From Octopus bimaculoides (Eukaryota), in contig NC_068983.1 of NCBI RefSeq assembly GCF_001194135.2, forward strand, positions 121,023,220-121,082,499: 59,280 nucleotides of DNA, in the 5' to 3' direction. The position numbers were made by a program, and so were the translations under genes. The notes under the pieces were generated by a model that saw only the letters and a list, made by a program, of their open reading frames with translations, had not been told where the DNA came from and ran no database searches. Shown here in pieces: positions 51,901 to 59,280 of the stretch (positions are counted from its first letter, which is position 1; every line of letters starts with the position of its first letter).

Positions 51901-54149
51901 TCTAGATATTTGATGTCATACTATTCAGAATTGTATTTTAAATCTGCCACAAATTTATTCTTTTTTTGATCAGTATAGTTTTGTGGAGTTTCCTAATGAA
52001 CTAAAACCATACTAATTATACAGAACTCATAAGAGGTTTTCATATTCTCTTCCTCCCTTTCTTGCTAGCTTGGAAGTATCTTTTCAAGAAGTTTAATATA
52101 CCACTCATTCATTCCTGCCTAAAAGCTAGATAGGCGATAATTTCAAACAATAATTGAATTGATTATATTCTTATAAAACTTAATTAACTAAGCAGATATA
52201 GATTCTTCTTGTAATACCTAACTGAATGTGTTATGAATCTGGAAGAAAGTTATCTCGTGGCGACCATAGTGGAAATAGGCAATATAATCTCCTCAAGTTG
52301 TAAGAGTGGCACAAGCCTGCTTTTGTCTGTGGTTGGCACGCCCTTATTTGGTTCAAATTTTCTAGATTGTTTGCTAAAATTAGAGCTAAATGGAAGTTAA
52401 GGTTCAAATGACAAAATTAATTGGTATTTGGTGCACTATAAAAAAAAAAATATCATTTGGCATAGTTGTTGAGTAGACAGTTTATTCTCTAAATATTTCA
52501 TGGACAACAGTTGGATCTCTGTTTGGTTGTTCTTTCTAACAAACACCCTTCTGTGTGCCTCTTGTTATCAGTGGACGTTAAATTGTAGGAATTAGCATGT
52601 TTATATATCATTTATATCATTTTACAGTTTTTATGACCAAAAATGTTTAGAGAAATTGTCCTTTTGTCATTGAAACACAAATTACTTTTAGTCTGAGATA
52701 AATCTCTACAACATTTACACACACACATATGAAACATTACATTTCTAATGTTTATAGCTGTACTCTCATCTACCTATTAATTCCATTAATTACTCTGAAC
52801 AATTAAACATTCCTGTTTTGATAAATATCCTGTCACTTTGGAAATAGAGTATGAGAACTTAGCTCTTGTAATTTGTCTTAGACTTCATTCTTTTAATTCT
52901 CAACTTCCTTTGCTTTTATATAGTGGGCAGCCTTAATCACAGGTTTGTCAGATAAAGTATAATATAACTGCCTCTATTTTATTACTTGTGAGAAATTTTC
53001 ATATCTTTTACTCATAAATCTCTTCAGTTTCCTTTACTAATTACAAATGTGACACTTTAAAGCACAGGTACATCTTTATTCTCTACATCAGAGCACTGCA
53101 TAAGTTATTAATTCTTTTTGAAACTCTATGAAGTGTAAACTAGTGCAAACAAAGCAGGATGTTGGTGTAACAGCAGCTATCATCCTTTGTGTGCCTAATT
53201 TCTCTATGGAAACAAAACTATGAATGTGCTTTACTATTTCATTGAGTATGAAATAATTATTTCAGGTCTGTCCTAGTTTAACAATAAGTAAATATATATA
53301 AAGTTATATGTCTAAATAAATGAGTCTCCATTAAGGCTTTTTCAGCAGCTTGAAATAAGAATCAGACCAACCAGTTTTATTGTCAACAACTCATCAGCAT
53401 TTGGTTACTCGTTCTTTGCAAGATACCGAGAGAGAGTAGCAGAAGACTACTTCTTAAAATGAAAACAAATGTGTACCTAGGCACACCTCATATAATGGTT
53501 AAGAATTATTACCCAACATTAATTACTAAAATACTTGGTGTACACAGTTGAAACACCATTAAAATAGCCATCTACTTTTCAATGGCATATTTATGTTAAT
53601 TACTAAAATGCCAGAATAGAATGAATTTAGCAAGATTGTGAAATAATGGTTGAAGTTATAGTCTCATACTTGGCTCACATTCATAATTTTTGGAATTGAC
53701 CCCTATGTTATCTGTGGAAAATGCTCCTGCTCTTTCTTTTCCACTACAATCTACACTCAAACACTTTATGATCTTCTGAATAGCAAACTGTGTACCATGA
53801 CTACCCTAAAATTTTGGTATATCTGCTGATTAGTTCATTATCTTTAATGAACCTCACTACATAAACTTATTCCTAATGTTTAGTTCTAAGCTTCCTTCTC
53901 AGGACTGCAATCACCTAGAACCCCTGCTTAACTTGTTTTAAATATTGACTTCACCAATCTAGAAGTGCATGGAAAGGTTATAGGTACTGATTTACTTCTT
54001 CAGGCTAAAAAGTAAACAGCAAAGAGCTTCATTTTGGGATATTGGCCTTTACTTCTCTGCTTAATGTTTTTTTGTTATTTTTATCTCTAGTAAGGGAATT
54101 GAGTAAAGATGTGAAGACTAAAGAACTTTTTTATCTCCAAACAAAAAGT

Positions 54150-54580
54150 ATAATAATGTGTGGCAATAAACATGCTTCTCAACCACATAGTTCTGGGTTC
54201 AGTCTAACTGTGTGGCACGTTGGGCAAGTGTCTTCTACCTTAAGCTTACTATTGACTTGTGAGTGGATTTGGTGGATGGAAACTGAAAGAAGCCCTTTGT
54301 ATATATATCTATATGTGTGTACATGTATGTGTGTATATAGGTGTGCATGCGTATGAGTGTGTGCGTGTATATGTGTGTGTGTATATATATGTGTGCATGT
54401 GTGTTTGTTCCCCACCACCTCTTGACAGCTGGTGCTGGTGTGTTCATGGTCCTGAGACCAATAAAATAAGTACTAGGCTTTAAAAAATAAGTCCTAGGCT
54501 CAGTTTGTTCATCTAAAAACCCTTCATGTTGGTGCCCCATGATGACCACAGTCAAATGACTAAAACATATAAAAGATAAA
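54150..54580 (+). mobile_element. SINE family B
   Basis: caaccacatagttctgggttcagtc...gtgagtggatttggtggatggaaactgaaag...(TG)n...cacagtcaaatgactaaaac. Confidence 0.82.
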
Positions 54581-54762
54581 AGATGAAAGAAGATGCTCTT
54601 GATTCTCTAATGAAGGACACTGCCCTTGACAGAATAATTAATTTCTCACAACACACTAACATTATCCAGTTTCTTAAAATATTATCAAACTGGTTTTTAT
54701 CAAATCAAGCACTCAGAAACTTCTTTGAATTGTAGTGTTACACTCAGAAATTTTGTCTTTTC

Positions 54763-55112
54763 TTCTACATGGTTTCGGGTTCAGTCCCACTGCATGGCAC
54801 CTTGGGCAAGTATCTTCTGCTATAGCCTCGTACTGACCAAAGCCTTGTGAGTGGATTTGGTCGACGGAAACTGAAAGCAGCCCATCATATGTGTGTGAGT
54901 GTATGTTTTTGTGTCTGTGTTTGTCCCCCCCCCCCACCATTGCTTGACAACCGATGCTGGTGTGTTTACATCCCCATTACTTAGCAGTTTGGCAAAAGAG
55001 ACCGACAGAATAAATACTAGGCTTACAAAGAATATGTCCTGGGGTCAATTTGCTCGACTAAAGGCGGTGCTCCAGTATGGCCGCAGTCAAATGACTGAAA
55101 CAAATAAAAGAA
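54763..55112 (+). mobile_element. SINE family B, 5'-truncated
   Basis: catggtttcgggttcagtcccactgcatggcaccttgggcaag...aaggcggtgctccagtatggccgcagtcaaatgactgaaac. Confidence 0.88.
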
Positions 55113-58100
55113 TATATTCAATATTTTATTTTACCATCTAGCAACTAACATGAAGCAATTTAAACTGGACCTTAACCACATTAATCTAATCCAGCCTTCT
55201 ATCCCATTTCTAGACCTAATGATATCTAAGAAGGTTCTTGGCTTTCCCCTTTTCAAAGTAACTTATAGAAATGTATTTCTTCTCTGCTCCATACTTCTAT
55301 CAATGTCTCTCAATGTTTCTACACATTTTCTCTACATATCTCTTTATATGATATACACCTTCATATTATCACTAATCATGGCAAACCATTCCTTAGTTTG
55401 TGATATTCGTTAAATTTTTTTGCTCTACACCTGATAAAAATCTATTTAGCAGTGAACTGCAATTGACCTTATAACATAATTATGCCACTGATGTATTTTC
55501 TAGCAATAGTAAGCTGATAAATGGTCTTAGATATCAGAGACCCCATAAATCCACAATCCATTATATTGCTGAACAATTTTGTACAGCAATCTATCTCATT
55601 GCTGAAAAACAGTTTCAATTTGCAACTTATTCTTGACATGCATTTTCGGTAAATAAACTTCAGCTTTCAACACATCTGTTTGAAGAAAACTGATTATATT
55701 TCATTCCTCGTTGTTTTTCTTTCTCCTTTCTGTTTTGGTATTGTAAATGTGCTGTTGTTAGTTAATCCCAGATCACCTCTGATCCAGCAGACCTATGATC
55801 TAAAAACCTTCCAGCTGTGATCAACCTATCTTTTATTCAACTATAACATAATATGTATCTAGGATGGGGGATGATCTGATTAATCTGTCAGCCCATTTTT
55901 TTTTTTCTGTTAAAAGCAACTGGCTAATTCCTTATGAAGTCTTGTTTTAAACTTTAAATGCATAACATTATTTTATTTACGTAAGCTTTGTTGCACTGAT
56001 TTCTTCTGTGATGTAAGTGCAGAGATAATTTAACTCTCAGAAGATGAATGAATGGGCTGAGCTATGACTAATGTCTAAAGGAAATAACTAAACAAAAAAT
56101 AGAATACATCTTGAATATACACATATAAAGAATATGTGCATGTATTTATTTTACGGTAAGCTTCCAGGGCATCTCCATGTTTCTGCAACTACTGAAGACA
56201 AGTTCCCATGCAGCCCTACAATAAATAACAATCACCTATGAGTAACTGAATATAAATTGACAGAACATGTTAGAGAAATGCAAATATTCATTTATATCCA
56301 ACCTAAAAAAAAAACTTATTACTTAAGTAGTGAAGGTATCTCTAGAGTGCTCTACCAGGAAAGGAGAATGACTACTCAACAGCTAATTAGAAATTTGCTG
56401 GGAGCCATGATCACTGTCTTTGTGAAATCAATACATGAAAAGAATGAATCTTAATATAGTCTTATAAAGAAAATATATTCATATATTTACTGTACAGTAT
56501 CTTTCCAGCATATATAAATGTTTCTACAACTGTTTACTTTTTTAGCTGCCATAAAAAGAGTTAGGTACCTATGAACCCTCATTTCATACACACACACACA
56601 CACACACACAAATATCTGTGTTGACCTCACGTGGGCAATAAAAAGAAAATCACATATGATGCAGTCTTCCATCATACCAGCCTAGTCAAACCATCCAACC
56701 CATGCCAGCATGGACAACAGACGTTAAATGATGATGATGATATATATATATATATATATATATATTAAAGATTGTCATACCGGCCATGACGAAGGGAAAT
56801 AGCCCTGANNNNNNNNNNATATTGTATATTCCATATTCTATACCCCACATTAGTTCTGCAGGAATATAAATAAAACATAAAAAACAGACAGTGTTGGAAC
56901 TCTTTTAAGCAAAATAATATATATATATATATATATAAGAGGATGCTATTTTTGAAAAGAAGACCCATAATGCCAAATGAAATCATAGTCATGGCAGATA
57001 CTGGTATCACACAACCAGCACCTGTGCCAGTGACATGCAAAAGCATACATTACACTCTCAGAGTGGTTGGCATTAGTAAGGGCATCCAACCATAGAAATC
57101 ATGCCAAATTAGACTGGAGTTTGGTGCAGCCTCTAAGCTTAACAGACATTAAAAGGTGATGAATATTATATATATAAATATATATATATATCAACTTTAA
57201 ATAGAGCTCAAAATTGATCCGTTGACAATACTTTATTGCAACAACAATAACAATAATAATAACAAATAAATAGAGCTATGTATATTTCGATAGAACATCC
57301 AGAATGATTAATACATATAAAATATTATAAAATATTATAAAATATAGGATACTCCATCTCCTCAGGGTCCCATTATTATTGCTATCATCACCATCATTAT
57401 TATTAGCAATACACATCCAAAAAAAACAGAAACCATTCAAATCTAATTTTCATAGTTGACCCATTATTCTTATTATTGTTATTATCATTTAAGTGTGTTT
57501 TTGTTTTACTCTAGTTTGAATGTTATAATTTTAAAAAATTGTTTTCTATGGCATGATTTCTTTCTTTCTTTTTTTCTTTCTTACATTCTTTATTTNNNNN
57601 NNNNNNNNNNNNNNNNNNNNNNNNNNNNNNNNNNNNNNNNNNNNNNNNNNNNNNNNNNNNNNNNNNNNNNNNNNNNNNNNNNNNNNNNNNNNNNNNNNNN
57701 NNNNNNNNNNNNNNNNNNNNNNNNNNNNNNNNNNNNNNNNNNNNNNNNNNNNNNNNNNNNNNNNNNNNNNNNNNNNNNNNNNNNNNNNNNNNNNNNNNNN
57801 NNNNNNNNNNNNNNNNNNNNNNNNNNNNNNNNNNNNNNNNNNNNNNNNNNNNNNNNNNNNNNNNNNNNNNNNNNNNNNNNNNNNNNNNNNNNNNNNNNNN
57901 NNNNNNNNNNNNNNNNNNNNNNNNNNNNNNNNNNNNNNNNNNNNNNNNNNNNNNNNNNNNNNNNNNNNNNNNNNNNNNNNNNNNNNNNNNNNNNNNNNNN
58001 NNNNNNNNNNNNNNNNNNNNNNNNNNNNNNNNNNNNNNNNNNNNNNNNNNNNNNNNNNNNNNNNNNNNNNNNNNNNNNNNNNNNNNNNNNNNNNNNNNNN

Positions 58101-58213
58101 NNNNNNNNNNNNNNNNNNNNNNNNNNNNNNNNNNNNNNNNNNNNNNNNNNNNNNNNNNNNNNNNNNNNNNNNNNNNNNNNNNNNNNNNNNNNNNNNNNNN
58201 NNNNNNNNNNNNN

Positions 58214-58250
<37 letters not shown>

Positions 58251-58934
58251 ATATATGTATGCTTTTCTTTCAACAGAATTTCAAATAATTTTCTTCTAGA
58301 TTTTATATCTTGTAAAAATTGGATCTGCTATCTTCAGTGCAGAAACATCAAAAGACATTATTTTCAAAGGAATGAAAACAAAATGAACACATGTTTAAAA
58401 AGCAAGTAGTATTTTGTGGTAGAATGTAGACATCATGTTTTATAGTTTCTAGGTTTTTGCATATGTGTCCTTACCTAGTCTGTTTGTAAAATCTTAAGCT
58501 AATTAACACCACCACACCACTAGCAATTTGGAAAATCTTAAACTAATTAACACTCCTATGCCACTGATTTAATTAGCTTTTTTTGTTTTTCTTAATTAGA
58601 CTAAGAATATTCAGCACACCGAATTAAAGAACATGTTTCTGTGAGAAAACTGAATACAAAATCTTCACTTTACTATTATAGAAACTTATGTGTGTGCATG
58701 AGTCTGTCCATATGCATCAGTTTGTTGAATATCTTGTGTGTGAGTGTGTATGAGTCTATCTGCACACATCAATATGTTGAATATCTTGTGTGTGTATGTG
58801 TATAGTGTCCCATACCTGTTCTGTGTACTGAATGTCTTTTGTGTGTTATTTTATTAATTAGTTAGACTGGTGTGATGACTGTGGTTTTGTCCTATTTTAA
58901 TTTGTTGTTTGTTGTTAGTGTAGTAAAATGTGAG

Positions 58935-59095
58935 CACGTGGTGGGTAAAAAAAACTATGTGGTTGAGAAGCTTGCTTTCTAACCATGTAGTCTAGGGTTC
59001 AGTCCAGCTGTGTGACACCCTAGGCAAGTGTCTTCCAAAGCCCCCCAAGCTAACAAAAGCCATGTGGATGGATTTGGTAGATGGAAACAGAAATA
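58935..59095 (+). mobile_element. SINE family B 5' half, interrupted by an RTE 3' UTR
   Basis: gcttgctttctaaccatgtagtctagggttcagtcc...ggatttggtagatggaaacagaa. Confidence 0.7.
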
Positions 59096-59099
59096 TGCA

Positions 59100-59280
59100 C
59101 ACCATGTTGCCAGTACCGCCTGACTGGCATTCGTAGGATTTTCGAGCGAGATCGTTGCCAGTGCCCCTGGACTGGCTCTTGTGCGGGTGGCACATAAAAT
59201 ACACCATTTTGAGCGTGGCCGTTGCCAGTACTGCCTGACTGACCTTCGTGCGGGTGACACGTAAAGGCACCCACTACACT
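59100..59280 (+). mobile_element. Young RTE LINE 3' UTR, running off the window end
   Basis: CpG-rich. Ends cgggtgacacgtaaaggcacccactacact, as in the other copies. Confidence 0.8.

Larger units (their letters stand above)
2278..58213. other. Assembly gaps: 2278-2287, 3601-3790, 12817-12974, 14555-14564, 18629-19305, 23353-24162, 37305-38280, 56809-56818, 57596-58213
   Basis: N-runs, mostly abutting microsatellites or young repeats. Confidence 0.99.
1..59280 (+). other. Inferred body of the cPKC gene: intron (1-13326), exon, intron (13410-59280)
   Basis: By eye I found neither the upstream GFGKQGFQCQ exon nor the downstream HKFK...FCDHCGSLLYG exon. They probably lie outside the window or in N-gaps. 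Confidence 0.6.

Noticed and set aside
18468-58409. Long ORFs of 227-425 aa in the ORF track
   Set aside because: They run through N-gaps. Only the RTE piece at 24163-24450 is real coding-derived sequence.

Overview
AT-rich, microsatellite- and repeat-dense metazoan DNA with nine N-gaps. The repeat landscape looks like a coleoid cephalopod, probably Octopus (inference from SINE/LINE types, not proven). Only one host coding exon is recognisable: an 83-bp AG/GT-bounded exon at 13327-13409 (+) encoding the second half of the C1A domain of a conventional protein kinase C ([28 protein letters not shown]). I found no neighbouring PKC exons, so the rest is probably two very long introns. These hold three tRNA-derived SINE families, RTE and Tx1/L1 LINE pieces, decayed hAT-Buster, mariner (DD34D) and Tc1 (DD34E) transposases, hAT and piggyBac-type MITEs, a Helentron-type HINE and many simple repeats. 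The long ORFs in the supplied track are artefacts of N-runs or microsatellites. I see no strong evidence for a wholly new biological system. The best leads are: a mismatch-free 115-bp inverted repeat (48998-49243); a SINE-Tx1 chimera together with (ATT)n-associated SINE arrays; inverted young repeats able to form intronic dsRNA; a possibly covarying SINE 3' stem-loop; and a gap-truncated hammerhead-like motif.
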